From Armatimonadota bacterium (GTDB lineage Bacteria; Armatimonadota; Fimbriimonadia; Fimbriimonadales; GBS-DC): a DNA stretch of 64,000 bases. The position numbers and the translations under genes were made by a program. The notes under the pieces are model-generated. The model was not told the DNA's origin. It searched no databases and saw nothing but the letters and a program-made list of their open reading frames with translations. The stretch covers positions 64,001 to 128,000 of the forward strand of contig JBBIML010000011.1 in assembly GCA_037444405.1 (NCBI GenBank), in the 5' to 3' direction. Shown here in pieces: positions 21,324 to 31,794 of the stretch. How positions within the stretch are numbered: position 1 is the stretch's first letter; every line of letters starts with the position of its first letter.

Positions 21324-22231
21324 TAGAGGCGCTCGACCTCTTCACGGCTTGGCAACGAGGGCTGGGCGCCCCAGCGCGTTACGGCAACGGCAGCCGTACA
21401 CTGCCCGAACCGAACCGCCTCATGCAGGGGTTTACCTTCGGTCAGCGCGACGGTGAAGCCCGCCACGAAGGCGTCGCCCGCCGCCGTGCTGTCCACCGCC
21501 TGCACTGGCAGGGCAGGCTGGTGATGAACCGCTTCGGCAGTGCCGTAGAGGGCACCGCGTGCGCCCAGCGTGATGACCACCGTCGGACAGCCCCATTCCA
21601 GCAATCGGCGCAAGATTTCCCGCTCATCGGTCTGCTCGTCCACACCGGTCAGCTGGCGTGCCTCCGTCTCGTTGGGGATCAGCACCGCCGTCTGGCGCAG
21701 CAACTCGAGGGGTAACGGGCGCGCCGGCGCAGGGTTCAAAATGAAGGGCACGCCGTGTCGCCCTGCAATCTGTGCCGCCACCTCCACCGCCTCTAACGGA
21801 ACCTCCAGCTGGGCAATCACCGCATCGGCTTCCGCAATCGCGGGCGCTGCCGCTTCAACTTGCTGAGGGCGAAGCGCCATGTTCGCGCCGGGCGCGACCA
21901 CAATCGCGTTCTCGCCCCGTTCCGAGACCGCAATCAGCGCGACACCCGATGGATAATCCGCCGTGCGCACCAGATAGCGCGTGTCGATGCCCTCTCGCTG
22001 CAGGTTCTGCAGGGTCTGCTCGCCAAACTGATCCTGCCCGATACAGCCGATGAAGCACACCTGTGCGCCCAGCCGCGCGGCAGCCACTGCCTGATTTGCC
22101 CCTTTACCACCCGCCACCATACGCAATGCGTCGCCCAGCACCGTCTCACCTGATGCCGGGATCGACGGCACCTGCACCACCAGATCGGTGTTCGCACTGC
22201 CGACAACAACAATCCGCTTTCGGCTCGACAT
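21320..22231 (-). CDS. rbsK: Ribokinase
   Basis: [33 protein letters not shown] and DSTAAGDAF. Confidence 0.93.
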   Translation of the reverse strand: MSSRKRIVVVGSANTDLVVQVPSIPASGETVLGDALRMVAGGKGANQAVAAARLGAQVCFIGCIGQDQFGEQTLQNLQREGIDTRYLVRTADYPSGVALIAVSERGENAIVVAPGANMALRPQQVEAAAPAIAEADAVIAQLEVPLEAVEVAAQIAGRHGVPFILNPAPARPLPLELLRQTAVLIPNETEARQLTGVDEQTDEREILRRLLEWGCPTVVITLGARGALYGTAEAVHHQPALPVQAVDSTAAGDAFVAGFTVALTEGKPLHEAVRFGQCTAAVAVTRWGAQPSLPSREEVERLY

Positions 22232-22244
22232 CGCTGTCTACAGG

Positions 22245-22640
22245 CTACGGCGTCAGCAGGCGCACGAAACCCTCCTGCTCAAAGTGATGGCCGGTGGTGA
22301 GCGCCTCGGTAATGCCATAGGTTCGCATCACGACGAAGCTCACCGCATCACAGAGCGAATAGCTTTTATCGGGTCGCGCCTGCAATAAATCGATCGCGCT
22401 CTGGTGCAGCGGCCTGTCCACCCAGACGACTTCTACATCTGCGTTGTCCATCAGGTCGGAGGCAAATGCCAGCGCCGCTGTGCGGTTCACTCTCCTTGCC
22501 TGACAAAGCGCCACAAATTCTGCCAGCACATAGTTGTGAGTGAGCAGCTTCGGTGCTGCCTGGAACAATCGAACGGCTTCAGCATGCAATAGCTCGTCAC
22601 GATGGAGGTAGCAAAATAGCCCTGATGTATCCAGTAACAT
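22245..22640 (-). CDS. vapC: VapC-type PIN-domain toxin
   Basis: LLDTSG, THNYVLAE, YSLCDAVSF and HFEQEGF. Confidence 0.85.
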   Translation of the reverse strand: MLLDTSGLFCYLHRDELLHAEAVRLFQAAPKLLTHNYVLAEFVALCQARRVNRTAALAFASDLMDNADVEVVWVDRPLHQSAIDLLQARPDKSYSLCDAVSFVVMRTYGITEALTTGHHFEQEGFVRLLTP

Positions 22641-22924
22641 TACTTTTCCTCCTCATGGGGACTGAGATACTCGCGGGCCAGATCGGCGTCGATGCTTTCG
22701 TTGTCTATACCTGTTGGATAGCCAAGACTGACCGCCCCCGCATGGCAGAGCAGGCGCTTTCTTGCCTCTCTACGCTCAGCCTCCGTCAATTGCGGTTGCG
22801 GTTTGAATCGATGCTCCAGCACGAACTCCAGCACGAGCGCCTCCACCGGGCGCCCCTGCTGGCGAGCCAACTCCTCACACGCCTGATACACCTCATCCGG
22901 CACTTCGATCGTGATGGTTTTCAT
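22640..22924 (-). CDS. Cognate antitoxin (RHH-like)
   Basis: MKTITIEVPDEVY...GIDNESIDADLAREY. GAGGAG RBS and 1-bp overlap with vapC. Confidence 0.75.
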   Translation of the reverse strand: MKTITIEVPDEVYQACEELARQQGRPVEALVLEFVLEHRFKPQPQLTEAERREARKRLLCHAGAVSLGYPTGIDNESIDADLAREYLSPHEEEK

Positions 22925-22978
22925 CGGATCCACTCCTCTGCAGGAATTATACCGTCCCGTGAGTATAATCGGGGTGAG

Positions 22979-24982
22979 ATGAAGCGCAAAATCACGATTG
23001 AGGACCTGTTCCGCATTCGGCTGCTGGGTAGCCCGCAGATCGCGCCCGACGGCAGTCGGGTGGTGTTCGTGCAGAAGTGGATCGATGCGGAGAAGAACAA
23101 ATACTTCTCCAACCTGTGGCTGGCGCCGTTTGAGGGCGGCGAGGCGCGCGCCTTTACCTGTGGCGAGTGGAGCGATTCGCAGCCGCGCTGGTCGCCTGAC
23201 GGCAGGCAAATCGCCTTCGTCAGCAATCGCCAGAAGCCCAAAACGCAGATTTATCTGATCCCTGCCGACGGCGGTGAGGCGCGTCCCATCACCAATCTTG
23301 AGGAGGGCAGCATCGGCGAGATTGTCTGGTCGCCCGACGGCACTCGCATCGCCTTCACCTATCGCGAGACCGCCCCTGAATGGCGCGAGCAGGCGGTCAA
23401 AGAGCGCAGGGAAAAGGGCTTCTCGAACCCACCGCGCATCATCACCCGCGCCTACTGGCGACTGGACGGCGATGGCGCATTCGTTGACCAGCGCTATCAC
23501 CTCTATGTAGTCGATGTGCGCACGGGCGAAACGAAACAGCTCACCACCGACCCCACCTATGAGGAGTACAGCCCAACCTGGTCGCCCGATGGCAGACAGA
23601 TAGCCTTTCTGTCGAACCGTCGCCCCGACCCTGATAATGACCCGGATCGCATCGACATCTGGCGGATTTCGGTGGAGGGCGGCGAGCTTCAACGGGTGGA
23701 GGCGCCTGAAGGTCCGAAGTATGCTCTGCGCTGGTCGCCCGACGGACGCTATCTGGCATATCTGGGACACACTTATCCCGATGACCCTTATCCCCGCTGC
23801 GATCATCTCTGGCGCGTGTCGCCCGCAGGCGGCGACGCGACCAACCTCACGCCTGACCTGGATAACCTGATAGGCGTCGCGACGCTCACCGATGTGCGCG
23901 AGTTCGGTGGCGGGAACGGGTTCTACTGGAGTGCGGACAGTCAGCGGCTCTACTTCCTCGTCAGCGAGCGGGGCGGGGTCTATCCCTACCGCGTCGATGT
24001 GAACGGCTCGCGTGTGGAGCGGCTGCTGGAAGGCGATTTCGAAGTCGCCGATTTTTCGCTGGCGCAGGACGAAACGCGGTTCGCCCTACTCTATGGCACG
24101 CCAACCGCCCCGCACGAGGTGTACGCTGGCACCCTGCAGGGCAACACGCTCACCCTTCGCCCGCTGACCGCGCTCAATCAGCCTCTGCTGGGCGAGGTGC
24201 AGATTGTGCCGCCCGAAGAGTTCGAGGTGGAGGCGGACGACGGCGTAAAAATTCACGGCTGGCTCATCAAGCCGCCCGATTTTGACCCCTCGCGCCGCTA
24301 TCCGACCATCCTGATGATTCACGGCGGACCGCATGCGCAGTACGGGCGCGTCTTTTTCCATGAGTTCCAGCTGACGGCGGCGCAGGGCTATGTGGTGGCA
24401 TATACGAACCCGCGCGGCAGCTGGGGCTATGGCGAGGCGTTCGCCCGCGCCATCAAGGGCGATTGGGGCAACCGCGACTTTCGCGACCTGATGCATGTGG
24501 CGGACTATCTGGCAAGCCTGCCGTTTGTCGACCCTGAACGGATGGGCGTGGCGGGCGGCAGCTACGGCGGCTATATGACCAACTGGATTGTGGGGCACAC
24601 CGACCGCTTCAGAGCCGCCATCACCGACCGCAGTGTGGTGAACCTGGTGAGCATGGGCGGCACCTCCGACTTCCCGATGATTCCCAACCGCTACTGGCAG
24701 GGCAACTTCTGGGACGAGCCGCAGAAGCTGTGGGAGCGTTCGCCGCTGGCGTACGCGGGGCGCATCCGCACGCCGCTGCTGATTGTGCATAGCGAGGGCG
24801 ACCTACGCTGCCCCATCAGCGAAGCCGACCAGCTCTTCGCCGCGCTCAAACGGCTCGGGCGCGAGGTGGTCTATGTGCGCTACCCGCAGGAGACCAGCCA
24901 CGGGCTATCGCGCAGCGGTCCACCCGACCTCCGCGCCGACCGCCTCAAACGCTACCTGGAATGGTGGGCAAAGTATCTGTGA
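22979..24982 (+). CDS. S9-family peptidase (WD40/PD40 propeller plus alpha/beta hydrolase)
   Basis: WSPDG repeats, IHGGP, GGSYGG, EGDLRC and HGLSR. Confidence 0.93.
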   Translation: MKRKITIEDLFRIRLLGSPQIAPDGSRVVFVQKWIDAEKNKYFSNLWLAPFEGGEARAFTCGEWSDSQPRWSPDGRQIAFVSNRQKPKTQIYLIPADGGEARPITNLEEGSIGEIVWSPDGTRIAFTYRETAPEWREQAVKERREKGFSNPPRIITRAYWRLDGDGAFVDQRYHLYVVDVRTGETKQLTTDPTYEEYSPTWSPDGRQIAFLSNRRPDPDNDPDRIDIWRISVEGGELQRVEAPEGPKYALRWSPDGRYLAYLGHTYPDDPYPRCDHLWRVSPAGGDATNLTPDLDNLIGVATLTDVREFGGGNGFYWSADSQRLYFLVSERGGVYPYRVDVNGSRVERLLEGDFEVADFSLAQDETRFALLYGTPTAPHEVYAGTLQGNTLTLRPLTALNQPLLGEVQIVPPEEFEVEADDGVKIHGWLIKPPDFDPSRRYPTILMIHGGPHAQYGRVFFHEFQLTAAQGYVVAYTNPRGSWGYGEAFARAIKGDWGNRDFRDLMHVADYLASLPFVDPERMGVAGGSYGGYMTNWIVGHTDRFRAAITDRSVVNLVSMGGTSDFPMIPNRYWQGNFWDEPQKLWERSPLAYAGRIRTPLLIVHSEGDLRCPISEADQLFAALKRLGREVVYVRYPQETSHGLSRSGPPDLRADRLKRYLEWWAKYL

Positions 24983-24997
24983 GGGTATTTTTATAGC

Positions 24998-25735
24998 GTG
25001 CTGACCAGTACCTATATTCATCTATCGGGCATTAGCGACGAGCTGGAACGCCAGCTCTGGGCGCAGGGCGCACGCGACTGGCACACCCTGCTGGAGACCC
25101 CTGATTGCTGGGTGATCGCCGAGCCGTACCGAACGGCGATTTTGCGCGGGGCGGAACGCTCGCTCGATATGCTCCAGCAGGGCGATTATGCCTTCTTTGC
25201 AGGACGACTGCGCGTCGGCGAACACTGGCGAGCGTTACCGGAGTTCGGACATCGCACCGCCTATCTCGATGTCGAAACCGACGGCGGCACGACCATCACG
25301 GTGATTGGCGTCTACGATGGCATAGAGGTTCACCAGTTCGTGCGGGGCGTCAACCTGCAGGAGTTCCCTGACTTTATTCGCTCTTTCGCGCTGCTGGTGA
25401 CCTTCAACGGGCTGAACTTTGACCTGCCGATGCTGGAGCGCAACTTCGCAGGTTTGATGCTGGACCAGCTCCATCTGGATTTGTGTCCGACTTTGCGACG
25501 GCTGGGCTTGCGGGGCGGGTTGAAACGCATCGAGCAGACGCTGGGGCTGATTCGCGACCCCGATGTGGACGGGCTGGACGGCTGGGCAGCGGTGCGCCTC
25601 TGGCAAGCCCACTGCGCAGGGCACACCGCCGCGCTGGAGACGCTGCTGCGCTACAATCGCGAAGACATCGTGAATCTCAAACCGCTCGCCGAGCTGGCAT
25701 ACCGCCGCCTCAAAAGGCGGCTGCTCGGAATCTAA
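24998..25735 (+). CDS. RNase H-like (YprB/RNase_H_2) exonuclease
   Basis: YLDVET, VTFNGLNFDLP, GGLKRIE and YNREDI. Confidence 0.85.
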   Translation: MLTSTYIHLSGISDELERQLWAQGARDWHTLLETPDCWVIAEPYRTAILRGAERSLDMLQQGDYAFFAGRLRVGEHWRALPEFGHRTAYLDVETDGGTTITVIGVYDGIEVHQFVRGVNLQEFPDFIRSFALLVTFNGLNFDLPMLERNFAGLMLDQLHLDLCPTLRRLGLRGGLKRIEQTLGLIRDPDVDGLDGWAAVRLWQAHCAGHTAALETLLRYNREDIVNLKPLAELAYRRLKRRLLGI

Positions 25736-25750
25736 AACCCGATTAGCCTG

Positions 25751-27319
25751 CTAACAACCCTCACCGAAGTGAAACAGCACAATCAGCAAATCGCCATCGT
25801 CGACATCGCCGTCAAGGTTCAGGTCTTCCGCCAGCCCTGTGCCGCTCTGACCGAAGGCAAACAACACGCGCAGGAGATCGCTGTCGTCCACACAGCCGTT
25901 GCCGTCCACATCGCCTGGCTGACGATGATAGAAAACGATATTGCCACGGTTGTCCCAGTCGGTAACGCCCATTTCCAGTCGGGTGGAGTATTCATACTCA
26001 ACGATCAGGCTCTGTGAAGGGCTGTTGCGCAGCGAGATCCAGCCGTTGGTGAGATTATAGCAGTAGTCAGCGGGCGACAGGCTCTGTCCATCCGCCACCA
26101 CCTGAAGGATGCGCTCGATTGGCTGATGCCCCAGATAGTGCAGTTTTTGCCCCTGTGAGGAGGTGTAGGTCGCTCGCACGATGCCGTCGCGGTTCAAATC
26201 CCCAAAGCAGATGGCTTCCACCACGGGCTGCACGGCAGAGTTCCAGATGGGCGTGGACGAAAGCCCTGTTCCTGTGTTGAGGAAAAGGCGAATATTGCCC
26301 CACCACTTGCCCGCCGCCAGGTCAAGGCGTCCGTCGCCATTAACATCCGCCAGCGCGACACCCGAAACATAGCCGTCGTAATAGCGCCAGCCAGGGGTCG
26401 ATTCAAAAACGCCCGTGCCCAGATTGCGATAAAGCTTGTGGTATCCCGACCCGCCACTCAACTGGTTATTATCGCTCATAATCAAATCGAGATAGCCGTC
26501 GCCCGTCACATCACCCAGCGCCAGCGTGTTCGCAAACTGGCGGTTGTTGTCAGTGCTAACCCAGTCAGGCATGGTGCTGATGACGCCGTTCTGATTGCGA
26601 AAAATCAGATTGCCCTCCCGCGTGATGGCAACCAGGTCCAGATCACCGTCGCGATCGACATCGCCAAACTCCATGTGGGCAACATCGCGCACGGTGGTCA
26701 CCTCCCAGCTGGGTGTTGTCTCCAGCATGCCGTTCCGATTAAAGAAGATGAAATGGCGCGTCTGTCCACTGCCATACGGCCAGAACCCTCCAATAGCCAG
26801 GTCCAGATCACCATCCGCATCCGGGTCACCCAGCGCAGGATGCCAGCCATAAAAAGAGACCGCCGAGACCCAGCTCGGCGTCGGTGAGAGAGTGCCGCCT
26901 TGATTGAGATAGAGCTTGACACCCGGACCACCCTGCGGTAGCAGCACTGCCACCACCACATCGAGCCAGCCATCGCCATTAATATCGCCCACCGTCAGGT
27001 GACCATGGTAGCCGGTATCGCTCGACTCCCAGCTGGGAGTGGTCTCAAGCACGCCGTTAATGTTGTAGTAGACGGCAACCCGCTCGCGGCGCATGTCGTT
27101 GCCGTTCGAGACCACAAAATCGAGCCAGCCATCGCCGTTGATGTCGGCAAAGAGTCCACCCGTTGCATAGTGTCGGTCAGCCGAGCGCCAGTCAGGAGAG
27201 GTGTTATACGGGAGCTGTGCCCAGCCACACATTCCCGACCCAATTGTAAGCCCGACGCCCACTATCCAGCAGGCACTCGCGCGCCACCATGTACCGACCA
27301 TCCAAGCCCTCATTTCCAA
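25751..27319 (-). CDS. Secreted FG-GAP repeat protein with the dockerin-like C-terminal tag
   Basis: Several DINGDGWLD repeats, and GDVDGNGCVDDSDLL...FHFGEGC at the end. Start uncertain. Confidence 0.8.
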   Translation of the reverse strand: MEMRAWMVGTWWRASACWIVGVGLTIGSGMCGWAQLPYNTSPDWRSADRHYATGGLFADINGDGWLDFVVSNGNDMRRERVAVYYNINGVLETTPSWESSDTGYHGHLTVGDINGDGWLDVVVAVLLPQGGPGVKLYLNQGGTLSPTPSWVSAVSFYGWHPALGDPDADGDLDLAIGGFWPYGSGQTRHFIFFNRNGMLETTPSWEVTTVRDVAHMEFGDVDRDGDLDLVAITREGNLIFRNQNGVISTMPDWVSTDNNRQFANTLALGDVTGDGYLDLIMSDNNQLSGGSGYHKLYRNLGTGVFESTPGWRYYDGYVSGVALADVNGDGRLDLAAGKWWGNIRLFLNTGTGLSSTPIWNSAVQPVVEAICFGDLNRDGIVRATYTSSQGQKLHYLGHQPIERILQVVADGQSLSPADYCYNLTNGWISLRNSPSQSLIVEYEYSTRLEMGVTDWDNRGNIVFYHRQPGDVDGNGCVDDSDLLRVLFAFGQSGTGLAEDLNLDGDVDDGDLLIVLFHFGEGC

Positions 27320-27379
27320 TCACCCACTTAGTAGTATACTACACGGGCGCTGCTGCTTCTCCACGCTTTCAGGCAGGAA

Positions 27380-29371
27380 TTGAAAAAGAGTAGACTCTTC
27401 CCGATGGCGCGTGTGCCGCTGGGGAAAGGGTTGCAGGTGCTGACGGTGCCGTTGTTAGAGGCGGGCAGGGAGCCGCCACGCCTGCGCCCACGCGCCCTGC
27501 TGATCGGACTGCTGTTGATGACCCTCAACATCTTCTGGATCACCGCAATTGAGGTGCGGTGGTACACCCTTGATGTCACCAGCCTGCCTATCTTCATCAC
27601 GCCCGTGTTCACGCTGTTCATTGTGGCGATGCTGAATCTGGCTCTGACGCGCTGGCGACCCGCGTGGCGACTGTCGGCGGCAGAGCTGCTGATTATCTAC
27701 ATTATCATCGTGACGGGCGCGGTGTTCGCAGGGCACGATATGCTACAGAACCTGTTCGGCGCCATCGGGCACGCGCAGCGCTATGGCACGCCCGAATCGG
27801 GCTGGCGCGAGCGATTCTTTGCCTTCATCCCGCGCGAGCTGTTCGTGTGGGACGAGCGCGTCCTGCGCCCCTATTATGATGGCGGTATGTTGCCCTATCG
27901 GCTGGACTGGCTGACGGTGTGGGTGAAGCCGTTGCTGTTATGGGCGGGGCTGATGCTGACGCTCGTGCTGATGTGCCTCTGCCTGAACTTTCTGGTGCTT
28001 AAGCAATGGACGCAGCATGAGCGGCTCACTTTTCCGCTGATTCAGTTGCCGCTGGCGATGGTGGAGCCGTCGGGCGCGTTCTGGCAGTCGCGCGCGATGT
28101 GGATGGGGTTCGGCACGGCGATGAGCATCAGCGGGCTGAACGGGCTGCATGTGCTGTTCCCTGCGCTGCCCCATATCGAATGGATTAAACTGTATGATAT
28201 AGGTCCCTACTTCACGACACGCCCGTGGAGCGCGGTCGGTTCGTTTCGCATATCGGCGTATCCGTTCGCGATCGGGCTGGCGTATCTGATGCCGCCCGAT
28301 CTGGCGTTTTCGGCGTGGTTCTTCTTTGTGGCACGCAAGCTGTTTCAGGTGTTTGGTGCGGTGATGGGCTGGGACGCGGCGGAGAATCGGGGCTTCCCGT
28401 TTCTGAACGAGCAGGCGGCGGGCGCGTGGCTGATGCTGGGCATCTTGCTGCTGTGGGGTGCGCGCTCCACCTTCCGCGAGGCGTGGCAGCTGGCGTGGGG
28501 CGCTTCTCATCCGGAACGCCTCCTCTACCGCCTCAGCTGGCTGGGGCTGGCGCTCGGCGTCAGCATCCTCATTCTCTATAACATGCTGCTGTTGCGCATG
28601 GATGGCTGGGTCGCCATGCTCTTTTTTGGCATCTATTTCCTGCTGGCGCTCACGATTACGCGCGTGCGGGCGGAGCTGGGCGCACCCCACGAAATCTACT
28701 TTGTGAACCCGCAGCGGATTTTGTTCGATGTGTTCACCCTGCGCGGGCTGGGCGTGGAGAACCTGACCGTGTTGCAGTCGCTCTACTGGTTCAATCGCGG
28801 CTATCGGTGCCATCCGATGCCGAACCAGCTGGAGGCGTTGCGCATGGGGCAGAGTTATGGGATTGCGCCGCTGCGAATGGGGCTGCTGATTCTAACTGTG
28901 TCGGTGCTGGCGTTCGCGATAGTGTGCTGGGCGAACCTACATGTGACCTATCTGTATGGCGCGGAGGCGAAATGTCGCGGCTTCAAAAACTGGGTGGGCA
29001 ACGAGTCGTTCGGGCGGTTGAACACATGGCTGGTGGAGGAGCCGTTCCGCAATCCGAACCGCTGGTACTATCTGGCAGGTGGTGCGCTGATGGTGCTGGG
29101 GCTGCGGGCGTTGCGCAACGCCTTCGCGGGCTTCCCGTTCCACCCGACAGGCTACGCACTCGGCGTGAGCTACGCGGTGGACTACTTCTGGTTCGCCTTC
29201 TTTCTGGGCTGGTGCTTCAAGGTGCTGCTGATGCGTTTGGGCGGGTTGCAGGCGCATCGGTTCGGGCTGCCCTTCGCGCTGGGGCTGATCCTGGGCGACT
29301 TCACGATGGGGTCGCTTTGGTCGCTCGTTACACTTCTCTTTCAGGTTCCCACCTATCGAATCTATATCTGA
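27380..29371 (+). CDS. Large polytopic membrane protein (DUF6785/DUF6784-like putative transporter)
   Basis: About 16 TMs, QWTQHERLTFPLIQLP, TRVRAELG, FPFHPTGY and GLILGDF. Start uncertain. Confidence 0.65.
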   Translation: MKKSRLFPMARVPLGKGLQVLTVPLLEAGREPPRLRPRALLIGLLLMTLNIFWITAIEVRWYTLDVTSLPIFITPVFTLFIVAMLNLALTRWRPAWRLSAAELLIIYIIIVTGAVFAGHDMLQNLFGAIGHAQRYGTPESGWRERFFAFIPRELFVWDERVLRPYYDGGMLPYRLDWLTVWVKPLLLWAGLMLTLVLMCLCLNFLVLKQWTQHERLTFPLIQLPLAMVEPSGAFWQSRAMWMGFGTAMSISGLNGLHVLFPALPHIEWIKLYDIGPYFTTRPWSAVGSFRISAYPFAIGLAYLMPPDLAFSAWFFFVARKLFQVFGAVMGWDAAENRGFPFLNEQAAGAWLMLGILLLWGARSTFREAWQLAWGASHPERLLYRLSWLGLALGVSILILYNMLLLRMDGWVAMLFFGIYFLLALTITRVRAELGAPHEIYFVNPQRILFDVFTLRGLGVENLTVLQSLYWFNRGYRCHPMPNQLEALRMGQSYGIAPLRMGLLILTVSVLAFAIVCWANLHVTYLYGAEAKCRGFKNWVGNESFGRLNTWLVEEPFRNPNRWYYLAGGALMVLGLRALRNAFAGFPFHPTGYALGVSYAVDYFWFAFFLGWCFKVLLMRLGGLQAHRFGLPFALGLILGDFTMGSLWSLVTLLFQVPTYRIYI

Positions 29372-29418
29372 ATGGGGACGAATCGCACCGATTCTCTGCC
29401 AAAAAGTGCGTGCAACAC

Positions 29419-29448
29419 TTGACATGGGTGTCATGCGCATGGTACAAT
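29419..29448 (+). promoter_or_regulatory. Sigma70-type promoter with a palindrome over the -35
   Basis: TTGACA-N18-TACAAT, with TGACA-TGGG-TGTCA dyad. Confidence 0.7.
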
Positions 29449-29480
29449 CTTGCTGTCCATTCTGCGGAGGTGAACGATCG

Positions 29481-29717
29481 ATGGCAGATGAGCGAACCGC
29501 TTATATCGAGGGTATCCTTAAGGCATTCAAGGCAGGTGAGATCGATATGGCAGATGCAGTGAAGGCATTACGGAAACGCAAGCCGAATCAGGCGAAGGTG
29601 GAGGGCGCGAAGGAGTTCGCGAAACTGGTGATGGAGGGCAAGATCGAAGAGGCGTTCACTCGCTTCCGCTTCGGTCTGAAGGATGTCCGCAAGCGCCGCA
29701 AGGCGAAGGCATCCTGA
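29481..29717 (+). CDS. Small basic hypothetical protein (78 aa)
   Basis: Strong promoter, GGAGGTGA RBS and K/R-rich sequence. Confidence 0.75.
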   Translation: MADERTAYIEGILKAFKAGEIDMADAVKALRKRKPNQAKVEGAKEFAKLVMEGKIEEAFTRFRFGLKDVRKRRKAKAS

Positions 29718-29869
29718 AACCGCCTTCTCGCCATGTTCACAGGCGTGGCGGGGCTTACTCCGCCGATCGCCTGAAGAGCCAGCAGGGGCGCGGTGACCGC
29801 GTCCCTGCGCCATCCGAAACTCCCTTCACCTGTGAGAGGGAGCGCGAGGCAACCCGCGCTCCCTCCGAT

Positions 29870-30673
<804 letters not shown>

Positions 30674-30745
30674 CGACTCTCTACCTCCTGCTGATTCAGA
30701 ATACACCTGTGGGCGGCGCGATTCCTGCCTAATGGAACCCTTTTT

Positions 30746-30771
30746 GCAGGAAGCGCGCCGAGCGTGGCGAA
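30746..30771 (+). promoter_or_regulatory. GCAGGAAG-N14-CGAA promoter-like motif
   Basis: Upstream of the MoxR gene; recurrent motif. Confidence 0.55.
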
Positions 30772-30834
30772 TCGGGAAGCGCGACGCAGGAGGTGCTATG
30801 CACACTGGGACAGCCCATTGCAGGGAGGAACGCC

Positions 30835-31794
30835 GTGGTTAGCCTGACCCAGCTGGCGGAGGCGACCGCGCGCGTGCAGGAGCAGATTGGACGGGTGATC
30901 CTGGGTCAGCAGGAGGTGATCCAGCAAGCGCTGTGTGCCCTGCTGGCAGATGGGCATCTGCTGCTGGAGGGCGTGCCGGGCATCGCCAAAACGCTGCTGG
31001 TGCGCGTGCTGGCGCAAACGCTCGGGCTCGAATTCCGCCGCGTGCAGTTCACGCCTGACCTGATGCCGTCCGATCTTATTGGCACGACCATCTTCGATGC
31101 GCGCACGGGCGAGTTTCGCGTGCGCTACGGTCCCATCTTCGCCAATATCGTGCTGGCGGACGAGGTGAACCGCACGCCGCCCAAGACGCAGGCGGCGCTG
31201 CTGGAGGCGATGGAGGAGCGGCGCGTGACCATCGACGGCGTGCCCCACCCGCTGCCACGCCCCTTCATGGTGTTCGCCACGCAGAACCCCATCGAGTATG
31301 AGGGCACCTATCCCCTGCCCGAAGCGCAGCTCGACCGATTCCTGCTGAAGGTGGTGATGAGCTATCCTGCGGAAGAGGAGGAGCGCGCGATTTTGCAACT
31401 GCACGATGAGGGCTTCCGCGCCCATCGCCTCGAAGAGGTGGGACTGGAGACGGTGCTGACCGCCGACGAGCTGGAACACTGCCGCGAAATCGTGCGGGAG
31501 GTGCAGGTCGCGCCCGAAGTGATGGAGTATATCCTGCAGATTGTGCGCCGCACGCGCCAGAGCGACTATCTCCTGGTGGGTGCCAGCCCACGCGCGGGTA
31601 TCGCGCTGTTACTGGTCAGCAAGGCGCTCGCCGCCATGCGCGGACGCGCCTTCGTCACACCCGACGATGTGAAACAGATGGCGCTGCCCACCCTGCGCCA
31701 CCGCCTGATTCTCAAACCCGAAGCTGAAGTGGAAGGGCTGACCGCCGACCGAATCCTGCGAACGCTGTTAGACCAGATCCCGGTGCCCCGATAA
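30835..31794 (+). CDS. moxR: MoxR-family AAA+ ATPase
   Basis: [35 protein letters not shown] and EAQLDRF. Start re-picked at GTG after GGAGG. Confidence 0.92.
   Translation: MVSLTQLAEATARVQEQIGRVILGQQEVIQQALCALLADGHLLLEGVPGIAKTLLVRVLAQTLGLEFRRVQFTPDLMPSDLIGTTIFDARTGEFRVRYGPIFANIVLADEVNRTPPKTQAALLEAMEERRVTIDGVPHPLPRPFMVFATQNPIEYEGTYPLPEAQLDRFLLKVVMSYPAEEEERAILQLHDEGFRAHRLEEVGLETVLTADELEHCREIVREVQVAPEVMEYILQIVRRTRQSDYLLVGASPRAGIALLLVSKALAAMRGRAFVTPDDVKQMALPTLRHRLILKPEAEVEGLTADRILRTLLDQIPVPR

Noticed and set aside
22640..23806. 388-aa minus-strand ORF, and the 22553 extension of the peptidase
   Set aside because: Only the last 94 aa (antitoxin) look real. Divergent -10 boxes at about 22946-22969 define the true starts.
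29770..29850. CTGAAGAG...CGAAAC resembling a hammerhead ribozyme core
   Set aside because: Stem II does not close beyond one pair, and no UH cleavage triplet is positioned after a stem III.
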